From Sminthopsis crassicaudata (Eukaryota), in the NCBI RefSeq assembly GCF_048593235.1, contig NC_133622.1, positions 251,476,055 through 251,540,054 of the forward strand: a DNA stretch of 64,000 nucleotides, given 5' to 3'. Every line of letters starts with the position of its first letter. Positions within the stretch are counted from its first letter, which is position 1. The notes below the pieces were generated by a model that was given only the letters and a program-made list of their open reading frames with translations, searched no databases and had not been told where the DNA came from. Positions 34,815-47,254 of this stretch are shown piece after piece. The position numbers and the translations under genes were made by a program.

Positions 34815-35460
34815 GGTGGGATTCGGATACGACGGGCCAGGACAGAGGGAGCACGTAGATGCTGGAGTCGGGATGGAGAGGAGGGAGGGAGGAGCACCTG
34901 GAAAAGAGCCCCAAGTCGCAGCGGAGGCGGGGCCCAGAGCCGGACACCCCAGGGGAGGAGGGAAGCAGGCCCGGGCCCCCCAGGTCCCCTCGCCGCCCGG
35001 CCCAGGCTGAGCCCCGCCCCCTTGCTCCCGGGGAGGGACCTGACGCAGGGTATTGGGGGTGGGGAGCAGCTCGTACCTCTCTGCAGCCCAGTCCGCGCCG
35101 TCCTCCAGGACCCTGCGCCCGACCCCAGCTACGTCCCCCTGTCGTCCCCCTCCCCGCGCACTCACCGGGCTGCCCCGTCCCCCGCGCCCCGCAGGGGCAG
35201 CTGCTGCTCACCTGGGCCCCCCGCGCGGACCGAGGGCACGGTGCCCCCGAAGGGCCGGCCAAGGACAGCGGGACAAGGTGGCGGCCGCCGAGCTGCGGAG
35301 ACTGCGGCCTCTCTCGGCCCGAGCCGCGGGGGGGCACGTGACGTTGGTCCCCCTCTGCTCCCCGGCCCACCGAGCCCGCCTCCCGCGGCCGCCTGTCTGC
35401 GGAGCTGAAAGATGCTCCGGCGGACAGCTCCGGCCCCAGTGCGCTGTGCGGTCCCAGAGC
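34200..35460 (-). promoter_or_regulatory. SLC29A2 CpG-island promoter with non-coding 5' exon(s)
   Basis: CpG island. GTCACGTG E-box (minus; CACGTG at 35335-35340), donors CAG|GTGAGC (35212) and CCG|GTGAGT (35166), and acceptors at 34862-34864 and 34898-34900 upstream of the ATG exon. Confidence 0.75.
34616..34690. promoter_or_regulatory. Inverted pair of ZNF143/THAP11-type ACTACA..CCC motifs in SLC29A2 intron 1
   Basis: AAACTACAACTCCCAGCAATCC (+, 34616-34637) and GAACTACAACCCCCATAACA (-, 34690-34671). Confidence 0.55.
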
Positions 35461-35832
35461 CGTGTGCTCCCTCCAGCGCTCTGTACCCCCTCCCAGCTCC
35501 GTGTGCCCCCTCCCAGCTCCGTGTGCCCCCTCCCAGCTCCGTATGCCCCTCCCAGCTCCGTGTGCCCCCTCTCAGCGCTCTATGCCCCCTCTCAGCGCTC
35601 TGTACCCCCTCCCAGCTCCGTGTGCCCCCTCCCAGCTCCGTGTGCCCCCTCCCAGCTCCGTATGCCCTTCCCAGCTCCGTGTGCCCCCTCTCAGCTCCGT
35701 GTGCCCCCTCCCAGCTCCCTGTGCCCCCTCCCAGCGCCGTGTGCCCCCTCTCAGCGCCGTGTGCCCCCTCCCAGCTCCGTGTGCCCCCTCCCAGCGCCGT
35801 GTGCCCCCTCCCAGCGTGTGCCCCTCCCAGCA
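35453..35832. repeat. 20-bp GC-rich minisatellite (~19 copies) immediately upstream of SLC29A2
   Basis: Unit CCCAGCTCCGTGTGCCCCCT with variants (CTCAGCG, GTATG, CTGTA). Confidence 0.95.
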
Positions 35833-37234
35833 CTGGCCCCTCCCGATGGCCTGGCTCCCTGGCGTGACCGGGAGGGCCGGGCCCGCTCCACTGGGTGAAA
35901 AGTTAAAACCCTCTTTGTTTCTTTCCTCTCTGCAGTGGGGATGATTAAGGGAGTCCGGGCTCCTGGGGATTTGTGAAGCCCTTTGCCATCTGCTTCCCGC
36001 CAGTCACCGCCACCTCCCCCGCCCTCCCTCCCCCTGGAGCTCCAGGCTTGCGGGCCTACTGGCTGCTCCGGCACAGCACGTGGCTCTGCACAGGCTGTTC
36101 TCCCGCCTGGAAGCCTCTCCCACCTCTCCTCTGCCCGCGGGAGCCTCCAGCTCCCTTCAAGGTTCCTGGGGAGGCTGAGAGACAATAGGAGACCTTTTTC
36201 TGCCCCCCCCATCTAGGGGTTAACTCCCCCACCCCGTCAGAGCGAGCTCTTCTTAATGAACCTTATACTTAGTTCTAGGTAACTAAATCTCTCTGTACTC
36301 CTGCCTCCCTCACCAGCCCGCCTGGTGCAGCATCGAGGGAAGAAACCACGGGGAGAGGACCCCGGCTCCCCTCATCGCCACCAGCAATAACTAACCACCC
36401 ACCCCAAACAAGGGAGGGAAGAGAACCATAATGTTGTCTTTCACCTGCTAAGCGCTTGACTAATCTCACTTGAGCCTGGGCATGGCAGTGCTCCCCCATC
36501 CTGCTTCCGGCCCAGTCCTAGAAGCCGTCTCCTGGGGCCAAGGGGGCAGCTAGGCCCCCAACGGCCGCGACTCCCACCCCCACCCTGAAGGAGGGTGCCT
36601 CGGGGGAGAGCCCCGCCCGTGCAGACGAGTCAGACTCTGATGGGGACAGCCCAGGCCCCTGAGCCCACAGGCCTCGGACCGCAAGCCTGGCTTCCTCCAA
36701 GGGCTGCAGCCATCGCCACTGAAAACCCAGAAACTGATGGGTTTGATCAAGGGAAAATGAACTGGGGAAGATGGCTGCCTGAGTTCAGACCCACCCTCAG
36801 ACATTCCTTCCCTGCTGACCCTGGGCAAGGCACTTTGTCCCCCCCAAAATGTAAAATGAGCTGGAGAAGGAAATGGCCGAGCGCTGCCGTGTCTCTGCCG
36901 AGAAAGAACGGAAATGGGGTCCCGGTGAATTGAATATGACCGAACAACAATATGACCATCTATTTTGCCGCTGCCCCCTAAGGACTCTGGATCCTTTCCA
37001 GCTGATTTGCTGCTGAAAACGTTGGGATGGGATGTCCCCCCCTTAAAGTGGAAATCAAGGACTCTCTCTTGTGTTAGCTCAGTGCTTTGCACGTGGTTAG
37101 GGCTTTTAAAATTCTTTATTCATTCATTAGTGTGAATGTATCATATCCACCAGGGGAATACAGACTTCTTGAGATCAGGGGTGATTTTGTTTTTGTCTTT
37201 GGGTTTTCAGTTGCTCTGCTTTAAAAATGTTTAT

Positions 37235-37332
37235 TCAAGTCTGGAGGAGCTGAGTTCAAATCTTATCTCAAACACTTAACCCTTCCTAACTGTGTGACTC
37301 CAGGCAAGTCACTTAACCTCAATTACCTCAGG

Positions 37333-37372
<40 letters not shown>

Positions 37373-37385
37373 AAAGAAAAAAAAG
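37235..37385 (+). mobile_element. 5'-truncated WSINE1 with a long (~38 nt) poly(A) tail; MAR1-like element follows on the minus strand (~37390-37620)
   Basis: GAGTTCAAATC...GGCAAGTCACTTAACCTCAATTACCTCAGG followed by A38. Confidence 0.85.
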
Positions 37386-37970
37386 TTTATTCAATCATTT
37401 TTCAGTCATAGCTGACTCTCTGGGACTCCATTGAGGTTTTCTTGACAGAGACCCTGAAGTTGTTTGCCATTTCCTTCTCCAGTTCATTTTATAAATGAGG
37501 AAACTGAGGCAAACTGAGTTAAGTGACTTGCCCAGGGTCACACAAGTAATAAGCGTCAGAGGCTAGATTTGAACTCAGGAAGATGAGTTCTCCTGACTCT
37601 GGTCCCAGAACTCTTTCCCCTGGGCCACCTGCCTCTCCAGCTTGAATTGTTGAAAGTTCCCCTCAGTCTGATGGTTCTCCATCCGTGTCACACGTATCAA
37701 GCATGATCCCAGTCCTAGAGCTTTAGCCTTAGACCATGTTGGTGGAGAAAATTCCCACGCTGCTAAATCAGGGATCCTGGACGCACTGACTTAATAACCC
37801 ATTATTAGAAATTAGAAATAAATCCAAAGTGAGAAATGCTCTGATCTCAAACTGAGTTCCTGGCACGTAAGAAAGGCTTAGTTCTTGCTTGCCCGTTGAG
37901 TTTGGCCCTTTGACCTAACAGAGTGGAAGGCCAGATATGTCACTCAGGGAAGGGGAGGGACCTGGCGAGT

Positions 37971-38021
37971 CCACGGAGGAGCCTGCCCGGCCACGGAGGA
38001 GCCTGCCCGGCCACGGAGGAG
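37971..38021. repeat. 20-bp tandem repeat x2.5
   Basis: CCACGGAGGAGCCTGCCCGG twice, followed by CCACGGAGGAG. Confidence 0.9.
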
Positions 38022-38356
38022 TAGGGCAGCTGAGGGCCACGCATTCTGAGTCACTACATACGATCCCTGGGCTCTCTCCGCTGCTGATGTGTGTGCTTGT
38101 GGAGCATGGACCCATGTCGATAGAAGAATGTTTCATTACTTTAGCTTTGAATTGTGACCTCTGACTGACTAGGGAGTCAGCAATCAGTCAAAAAGGCATT
38201 TATTAAACACCATTTAGCAGGTGTTCAATGAGAATCGCTAGGGGTTCCTAAGTGGGATCGGAAGCTTCCGGATTATAGGACTGGTGCTGTCCACCGTGTA
38301 CACTGATCCCTGGTAGAACAATCACTCCCCGGCACAGCTAAGAAACAGGCATTAAA

Positions 38357-38496
38357 GGGCAGCTGGATGGCTCAGCAGATATAGCACCAGCCCTGAAGGC
38401 AGGAGGGCCTGAGTTCAAATTTGACCTCAAATACTTCCTAGCGGTGTGACCCTGGGCAAGTCATTTAACCCTAACTGCCTCAGCAAAAAAAAGAAG
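38357..38496 (+). mobile_element. WSINE1-type SINE
   Basis: Head, core and A-tail as above. Confidence 0.85.
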
Positions 38497-39104
38497 CAGC
38501 AGACATGAATTCTGCTTTGCCCACCATTTGGGTGGTCCCAGACTTGGTCTGATTCTAGGAAACAACCCCAGTCCAGACTGTAGGAGGCTTTGGGAGCACT
38601 ACGGAGGCTGCAGAAGAGCCCTGAGCCTGCCTGGAACCTTTTACCCGCTGCGGGCCAGGGTGGGCAGCAGTCCATTCAGGCCCTTGTTCTGCTTCCTCCC
38701 CTCAGTCAAGGTCAGTGATAATGCTCCTCCCGGGAAGAGCAAAAGAACCAGTTTGGTGAGAAGGAGTAACCAGGGGAGTAACGGGTAATTGAAATTTGGC
38801 TGGAGGAGGTTTGGAAAAGGCTTTCAGGCACAAACAGAGAAATCTGTGTCAGTACTTGGTATGATCCTTTGGCCAGCCAATTCAGTGTGAATGATGATCT
38901 CGCCTTCTCACATGAGCAGGTCCCCCTCCCCACAGAACTCATGCATGCAGGGCAGGGTCCCCAGCTGCCCAGGACCTGGAGTGAAGCTGAGGGGGCTGGA
39001 GGGCCTCCACCACTCTAGAGTTGCCATTTGCCGGACTTCTTCCTTAATATCGGCTGACTGGTGGCCTCTGTCTGATATTAAGTAACCAACCAAGGCCCAG
39101 TAGC

Positions 39105-39228
39105 TTATTTTATTTTAAGGGCTGGGGTGGGGGGCTTAAGTGACTTGTCCAGGGTCACATAGCTAGTGGTCTGAGTCTGGATTTGAACTAAACTCCTCCT
39201 GACTGCAGGGAAGGTGCTCTATCCACTG
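39105..39228 (-). mobile_element. WSINE1-type SINE (diverged)
   Basis: Reverse-complement core TTAAGTGACTTGTCCAGGGTCAC...GTGCTCTATCCACTGC. Confidence 0.75.
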
Positions 39229-41949
39229 CTCCTTCCCCTCAGCTTTTAGAAGGAAAGGCAAGGCCGGAAGTGCAAAAGCTTGCCCTCCAAACCTGGGCCT
39301 GGACTTCCACTCACCAAGTCCCTGAGAAAACAGTCTCCACGTGGTAGCTGAAGAACATCCCCTTGGCCCCTGGCATGGGATACTTCCTGGCCCGAGGGGA
39401 CCCTTCCCCTTTCAAGAAATCACCCTCCCTACTACAGGTCTATTTTCCATAGAGCACACAGTAGGTGGGCTTGGCCCCTCTCTTCCTTCCCACTCCAGAA
39501 CACACACAGTAGGCAGACTTTGCCCTTCCTGCTTGCTTGCAGGGAATCACAGGTCTCTTGGTACAGGTCAAACAGCTCTCTCCACACTTATTGTTGCTGT
39601 TGCTCTATTGCTATTCTGACTTTTTTTAGTTTATAACCCAGTTTCATAATCTCATACTCATCAGTTTAAGAATGAAGGAATGGAACCAGCATTAATTAAG
39701 CACCTACTGTATGTCAGACCCCCTGCTAAATGCTTTACAATATTGCATTTATGCCTCCCAACAATTGTGGGAGGGAGGGTCTTTTAAGATTTCCATTTTC
39801 CTGTTGAGGAAAGAGTTTGGTTGTTGAGTGGGTGACTCCAGGCCTGGAGCTCTACCCACTGCACCACCCAGGAGGAACGGACTCGGACACCCAAGAAACA
39901 GCAATGCCATATGTTCCCTGCAGGAAGCAGCCCGGTGGGTCAGTAAGCAGGTGTGTGCTGCCCCCCCCCAAGTCTCTTTACGCTCCCAGTCTCCAGAGAA
40001 GAGCGAGTTGTCCATCTGAAGCTTTTGCGGGACACTCTGTCCTGGATCAGTGGGCAATTAAAAAGCTCTTTGTCCCTGTGGAGGAGGAAGCAGGAAACAG
40101 ACCAAGAAGGACGTCCCGGGTCTGGGGGCAGATCTGCTGCAGAATCACAATGTCCAGGACCAGGGAGACCCAAGGCACCGACCACCTGATCCTTGCTCTG
40201 CCAGACTTCTCACCACCCAGGTAGACTCTTCACCTGCCATTTTGTGAGGTTTAAATAAGACCAATAATGTGGAAAGCGTGTTGCGGATCCTGAAAGTTCT
40301 AGATAAATGCGGGTAATTATTGTTACCAGGAGGGCACAAGAGGGCCCCCCAATGGATGGAGATCCCAAAGCCAGGGCCCCCAACAACAGAATCCACACCG
40401 AAACAGGCCGGGCAGATTGGGGTGTTAGGAGAAGGGCTACCACTATCAAAGTGATAAAAAGTGGGGGCTGTTTTCTTCTAAATCCCCTCCCGGGAGATGT
40501 CTTAGAAGAAATTAAACTATCAGCTCACATGCCCATGCCCCCTCCACTCCCCTTTCCAGTTTCTTTTTGTTTTTCCCTCATTCGATTGTAAACTTTTGAG
40601 GTCAGGACTCTTTCTTTCTTTCTTTCTTTTTTTATTTGCATTCACAATGTTTAGCACAATATCTGGCACATAGTAGGTGCTTTAAACAGCTTTATTGAAT
40701 TGAATTGGTGACTCAGGGTTCTCATTCTGGGTAATAGCTGAGTGACAAAGTTCCTGAGCTAGGACTCCTACCCTCACCCAACTTCTTGGGAATCGAATTC
40801 TGAGCCAGGATTAATTAACTCTCAGTTAAGGACATTTAATAAAGTGAAATTGGGAGCAGAGTTGGTAGGAAACATTCTCCCCCCTCCCCCCCCCAGCCAA
40901 GTTTGAGATACTGTCCTAGAATCAGTGCAAACCATAAATGTGGCTTCAAGGTGGGAGAGCTCAGGCAACAAGGTCTTCACTCCCGGTTTCTTGCTGCCTG
41001 GAAATCCTTTTTTTTCCTTTTGTGGAATCCTCACAAAGTTCTCCTAAGGAACAGCTTCCTTCTCCATCCTTGCCCCCCGGTGACGGCCATCGGCCCCTGC
41101 CTTTCTTGGCGAGAATGCCAAAGGGACGTCCAAAAGGAGCAGAGGCTCCTGGGAACATGAGTTTCAAGATGAGTAAGTGAGGTCCTGGGGCCATGACGGG
41201 GACAAAGGTGGCAGGCAGCAACAGGACAGACTAAAATTTCTTGCTAGAGATCTTCTCCACCCAGGCCAGTCACTGAGAGGGAGTGTGTGGCTGAGACAGG
41301 TCAGGGCAGGTATTATCAAGGGGACATATTATGTGTGTATATAAACAAACAAATAAATAAACACACACACACACATATATAATTGCTTCTTTGTCTGCAG
41401 ATGACAGATTCACTTTCAAAGTATTCTGTTCCTTTAAGGTCTTAAATTCTGATTTTTTAAAATAAAGTTATAATTCATCATAACTGTTCTGTTATCTGCA
41501 TTTCTTAATTAGGTGCAGAGAGGGTTGCAATGGAGGAGGTCACAGAACAAAAGAGAATAGAGACTTGACTCCCAGTCTAAATTAACTAGAATTCTTTTTT
41601 AAGAATTATAATCATGAATGAATCTTCTGGATTTGATTTCTCATTATTTATTTTTAAAATTCATTCATTTGTTTATTTTTTAGCTCTTAGGAGCACTTCA
41701 GTAGCCAAGTAGACTAATCATATGACGCAGGACCAACTCTCCCATGGCCAACAAATAAACAAAGTTGGGGTGAGAGGAAGTTTTTGGCAACAAAGTTTGC
41801 TCTTTTTCATCCTTTCCCAGGCGGTTTAAACCCTGACTGCTTTTTTCTGAGGGAGGGTGAAGGTATCAGAGGCTGGAAATCCACACCCAGGAAGTCGGCC
41901 GAAGGGAAGAGTGGAGAAACTGTTCTTGCAAAGCTGGGGAGCCAGAAGA

Positions 41950-42098
41950 NNNNNNNNNNNNNNNNNNNNNNNNNNNNNNNNNNNNNNNNNNNNNNNNNNN
42001 NNNNNNNNNNNNNNNNNNNNNNNNNNNNNNNNNNNNNNNNNNNNNNNNNNNNNNNNNNNNNNNNNNNNNNNNNNNNNNNNNNNNNNNNNNNNNNNNNN
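41950..42098. other. Assembly gap (149 N)
   Basis: N-run. Confidence 1.
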
Positions 42099-42170
42099 GA
42101 GACCACATTTGAACTCCAGTCCTCCTGACTCAGGGCTGGTGCTCTATCCACTGCGCCACCTAGCTGCCCC
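42099..42170 (-). mobile_element. WSINE1 5' half next to an assembly gap
   Basis: TTTGAACTCCAGTCCTCCTGACTCAGGGCTGGTGCTCTATCCACTGCGCCACCTAGCTGCCCC. Confidence 0.85.
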
Positions 42171-42396
42171 CATTTTGATTTTCTTTATCCTTCCAATCCT
42201 TTCAGATAGCATCGTCTGCCCAACCTGGTTGAAGAATATATCTTTGTGTGATTTATCCAACAGCATTGTAAAAACAAAAAACTTTGAGAGTATCAAGGAC
42301 TGATGAACTCAATGATTAGCCAGAGTTCCAAAGCACCAATGAAGAATTTTCACCCACCTAATAGCAGAGAAGAGCCTGACAAAACAGACACAAAGG

Positions 42397-42852
42397 TGTT
42401 AGGATTACAAGGTGAGAACTCAGGTTGTCTGGGCGATTCTTTAGCTCAGAATTCACTACCTTTCGTTCCCGCCTTTAGGGAGAGTTTACACCTTTGAACT
42501 TCTGAGGAGTTTACATATTTAAAGGAATTTTTACCTTAAAAAGGAGTTCTGAAAAGGAGTTTACACAACCTTTTAAGAGGAGCAAGTTCATTGTCTGTAG
42601 GAGTTCTCACCAGCCCCGTTGAGTTCTCACTACAATCTCTTCGAGGATAAAAGAGGGCACCATTGGGTCTGGAGAGTAGTCTAGTCTGGGATTGAGTTTA
42701 GACGGCACAGAGGAAAAGATTTTACAGAAAAGAGATCTCCCCCCAGAGAAGGATTCCAATTGAGAGACGACAAGAACTTTACCCCCATTTTTGGACGTGG
42801 CCAATGTGAAAAATGATGTTTCTGGACTGTACATATTTGCATATTAATTACA
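42397..42852 (+). mobile_element. Solo LTR-like element
   Basis: TG...CA termini (TGTTAGG...ATTACA), internal short repeats (GGAGTTTACA) and a TATA-like GATAAAA near 42649. No clear target-site duplication. Confidence 0.6.
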
Positions 42853-43619
42853 AGTGTCATCCCACCTCCCCCTTTTCATTGGTTGTTGCCATTCAATCAT
42901 TTTAGTCTCTGCCAACTCTTCACGAACCCATCTGAGGTTTTTCTGGCAAAGACACCGGAAAGGTTTTGCCATTTCCTTCCCTAGTCTGTTTTACTTATGA
43001 GGAAACTTAGGCAGAGTTAAGTGACTTGTCCAGGGTCCCACTGCTAGTAAGTGCCTGAGGGCCTGCTTTGAACTCAGGGAAGAGAAGTCTTTTTGATCAG
43101 ATCAAGCCCTTTATCTACCGTACCACTCGCTGGTTAGGGGCAGGAATGAAAGCTTGTTAACTGAAGGAAAAAAAATACATATATATATATATGAATATTT
43201 TTATTTATATATTCCATTGGTTCATTTACATTATTCAGAATAAGGAAGAAGGATGCTAAGGTGAAAAATATCCTTATACACATAATAAGAAAGGATATTG
43301 GGAAGTTCAAATGAGCTAATGAGTGTAAAGCATTAATATGTTATATAATAATACATTAAAGTGTTATATAAGTATTTAATTATATACAGTATATAATTAT
43401 TGTTATTATGATTATTACTACAGTCTTAATTTCCAGCCTATTAAATGATGATCTTATTCCTTGACTTATACTGTCTCCCATTGAACTCAAATGATGCTTA
43501 TAGAGTGATACAGGGCTATGATGGTAAATGTTTAACAACCTGACCGGTGTGATGTAGGGGGTTGGGGTGCAGGTGAAATGAATGCACGTACACTTCAAAG
43601 TGTAATCTGCCTCATCAAG

Positions 43620-43850
43620 GCTTCTTAAATTTAGTTGTTCAGTTGTATCCAACTCTTCATGGCCCCATTTGGGGTTTTCTTAACAAAGATACTGATTTCC
43701 CTCTTCAGCTCATTTGACAGATGAGGAAACACACAAGCAGGGTGAAGTGACTTGCCCAGGGTCACACAGCTCCTGAGTGTCTGAGGCCGGATTTGAACTC
43801 GAGAAGATGAATGCTCCCTGCTCCAGGCCTGTACTACCGAGCTATGGTCA
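43620..43850 (-). mobile_element. MAR1-type CORE-SINE (a similar copy lies at ~42880-43120)
   Basis: GTTGTTCAGTTGTATCCAACTCTTCATGGCCCCATTTGGGGTTTTCTT...CAGATGAGGAAAC...GTGACTTGCCCAGGGTCACACAGC. Confidence 0.75.
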
Positions 43851-45143
43851 GTCAGCCAAAAATAATACACCAAATCCTGATTTGTAGCTATTGCTGCTAT
43901 CTGAGGTATACATGTTCCTTCTGAACATTTAACAATGGGCTCTCTTAGAGAGAGTTGGCGTGGTCCCAGTCTACATTTGGGTCAGAAGAAAGAGAAAACA
44001 CTGTTAACCTTCTGTTGGAGGGACTGCAAAGCTCAGAGACCTCCTCCAGCCTCCTGCCTTCTAGACCAGATGCAAGCCCCCTCCTTTGAGTTTACATTGA
44101 GAGCTCTTCACCCTGGGGTTCAGCGATCCCGGTCCCAGGACACTAGCCTCCAGGCTCCATCACCATGACTTAGCCCCTCTGCTCCTTCACCCCTCTGACC
44201 CTTGGCCCCTCTCCTCCTTAGTGCCTCTCCGGCCCGGGCCAGTCTCTCCACTGCCCCTTAGGATGCTGAGTTTCCTCCAAATCTCCCCTCCCATGGGAGA
44301 GCTCTGCTATAACTGCCAGCGCCCTTCCCCTGGAAATCAGCTTGTCTCCGGAGCTGGAGTCACATCCCTCTCCTGGATTTCATTTTCTTTCTTTTCCCTG
44401 GATCATGTGCAGTTTTTTAAAAATAGATAATCAATTCAATGTGTTAGTTCCCAAACTTTTGTCTCTGTCTTCCTTCTGTGTCTGGACCTTCTGTTCCCTT
44501 CTGTGCATTTCACAAACGTTTCACTGACATGTTGTTCTTCCCTTTGTTCCCCACTCCCACTCCTCCAGTCACTTCTGGGCTCCATTCCTGACCCTCGGGA
44601 CTCCTTTCTCCCCCGAGTCCCAGAATCCCTCATTGGATAGGTTGGTTACTCCAGAACCTTCTCCCCTGCACCTGCCCCCTCCTCCCCAGCATCCTCTCCC
44701 CCAGTAGAAGGGCAACACTTGATAAAGGCCTATTGACTTGAGTATCTCCCCACCCCCATCCCAACCCCTGCTAGACCAAGGCCCACAGTAATAACAATAA
44801 TAATAATAACCCTAACCAAGCATCCTCTGCTGAGCCTTCCCGAGGCAGAAGGTAGGAAGCAGGAGGCCATGTCTGTCCCTTGGAACCATGGCCTGGTCAT
44901 TGCTTCGATGGCGGTATTTAGTCTCCAAGTTGTTTTTCTTTCTGACGTGGCGGCCGACCATCTCAGTCGCCATTCTCCTCCCCCTGCGTGTTCTGCATCC
45001 GTTCCCACAAATCACTTTGGGTCTGTGTCTTCTTCCTCTGTTATAGTGCAGCCAATTTGATTAGAGCGCCCTTCTCCCTTTCCCCAGGCAGGGCAATGGT
45101 GGGAGGCAGGAAGATTTGCGTTCCAATCCTGCTCTGACCCCAT

Positions 45144-46838
45144 GGGTGAGTGTGCGAGTCAGGTGTGTGTGTGAGTGTGAGTGTGAGTGAGAATGTGAGT
45201 GTGTGAGTCAGGTGTGTGTGTGAGTGTGAGTGTGAGTGAGAATGTGAGTGTGTGAGTCAGGTGTGTGTGTGAGTGTGAGTGAGAATGTGAGTGTGCCAGT
45301 CAGGTGTGTGTGTGAATGTGAGTGTGAGTGAGAATGTGAGTGTGTGAGTCAGGTGTGTGTGTGAATGTGAGTGTGAGTGAGAATGTGAGTGTGTGAGTCA
45401 GGTGTGTGTGAGTGTGAGTGTGAGAATGCGAGTGTGCGAGTCAGGTGTGTGTGAGTGTGAGTGTGAGAATGTGAGTGTGTGAGTCAGGTGTGTGTGTGAA
45501 TGTGAGTGTGAGTGAGAATGTGAGTGTGTGAGTCAGGTGTGTGTGAGTGTGAGTGTGAGAATGCGAGTGTGCGAGTCAGGTGTGTGTGAGTGTGAGTGTG
45601 AGAATGTGAGTGTGTGTCAGGTGTGTGTGAGTGTGAGTGAGAATGCGAGTGTGTGAGTCAGGTGTGTGTGTGTGAGTGTGAGTGTGAGTGAGAATGTGAG
45701 TGTGCGAGTCAGGTGTGTGTGTGAGTGTGAGTGTGAGTGAGAATGTGAGTGTGTGTCAGGTGTGTGTGTGAGTGTGAGTGAGAATGCGAGTGTGCGAGTC
45801 AGGTGTGTGTGAGTGTGAGTGTGAGTGAGAATGTGAGTGTGTTATTCAGATGTATGTGTGAGTGTGAGTGTGAGTGAGAATGTGAGTGTGTGAGTCAGGT
45901 GTGTGTGTGTGAGTGTGAGAATGTGAGTGTATGAGTCAGGTGTGTGTGTGAGTGTGAGTGTATGAGTCAGGTGTGTGTGTGAGTGTGAGTGTGAGTGAGA
46001 ATGTGAGTGTGTGTCAGGTGTGTGTGTGAGTGTGAGTGAGAATGTGAGNNNNNNNNNNNNNNNNNNNNNNNNNNNNNNNNNNNNNNNNNNNNNNNNNNNN
46101 NNNNNNNNNNNNNNNNNNNNNNNNNNNNNNNNNNNNNNNNNNNNNNNNNNNNNNNNNNNNNNNNNNNNNNNNNNNNCAGGTGTGTGTGTGAGTGTGAGTG
46201 TGTGAGTGTGTGTCAGGTGTGTGTGTGACTGTGAGTGAGAATGTGAGTGTGTGAGTCAGGTGTGTGTGTGAGTGTGTGAGTGAGAATGTGAGTGTGTGAG
46301 TCAGGTGTGTGTGTGAGTGTGAGTGAGAATGTGAGTGTGCAAGTCAAGTGTGTGTGAGTGTGAGTGTGAGTGAGTGTGTGAGTCAGGTGTGTGTGTGTGA
46401 GTGAGAATGTGAGTGTGCGAGTCAGGTGTGTGTGTGAGTGTGTGAGTGAGAATGTGAGTGTGTGAGTCAGGTGTGTGTGTGAGTGTGAGTGAGAATGTGA
46501 GTGTGCAAGTCAGGTGTGTGTGTGAGTGTGAGTGTGAGTGAGTGTGTGAGTCAGGTGTGTGTGTGAGTGTGAGAATGTGAGTGTGCGAGTCAGGTGTGTG
46601 TGTGAGTGTGAGTGTGAGTGAGAATGTGAGTGTGTGAGTCAGGTGTGTGTGAGTGTCAGTGTGAGTGAGAATGTGAGTGTGTGAGTCAGGTGTGTGTGAG
46701 TGTGAGTGTGAGTGAGAATGTGAGTGTGTGAGTCAGGTGTGTGTGAGTGTGAGTGTGAGTGAGAATGTGAGTGTGTGAGTCAGGTGTGTGTGAGTGTGAG
46801 TGTGTGAGTCAGGTGTGTGTGTGTGACTGTCAGTGTGT
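45144..46838. repeat. ~1.7-kb GT-derived compound minisatellite (~40-50-bp variable units), interrupted by an assembly gap
   Basis: Recurring unit GAGTCAGGTGTGTGTG(TG)AGTGTGAGTG(TGAGTG)AGAATGTGAGTGTGT; N-run at 46049-46175. Confidence 0.97.
46049..46175. other. Assembly gap (127 N) inside the minisatellite
   Basis: N-run. Confidence 1.
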
Positions 46839-47254
46839 TAACTGGACAAGGATCTCACCCTTTCTGAACCTCATTTCCCTCAACTGGAGACTGGAGGTGA
46901 TGGTCCCCACAGCAGCTCCTGAATGTTAATGGTAGTTATTGGGGGGATCTCAGCCCCACCTGGCCTCGTGGGACTCATGGCCACCCTGTTACTAGGCCGG
47001 AGCTAAGCTTAAACCTCCGGCTTCTGAATGTTAGTGAGGACTGTGCTCCCCCAGAGGCAACGCCTGCTCCCAGATCTCCAGGTTTCCTACCTGCTCACCC
47101 AGCTGGATCTGGCGGCCACAGCTTCCCTCCCAGGGCCCTGCCTTTCTTTCCTTCCAGTGTTCCCCCAATGTCTGTTAACCCACCCTGGGTGGGCCAGGCT
47201 TCCTCACCGTAGCTCAGCTGTAAGTCCTCAGCTCTTTTCAGCCATCCTGTTTTG

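Noticed and set aside
35162-35944. Repetitive ORFs (PSSVCPLPAPCAPSQ... and GGGTRSWEGAHGA...)
   Set aside because: Translation artefacts of the 20-bp minisatellite, which has no stops in several frames.
38283-38292. REST/RE1 site GGTGCTGTCC
   Set aside because: Only the right half-site is present; the TCAGCACC half is absent.
41784-42303. ORFs spanning N gaps (also 46011-46205 and 59124-59739)
   Set aside because: Their length comes from runs of N, so they are not real reading frames.
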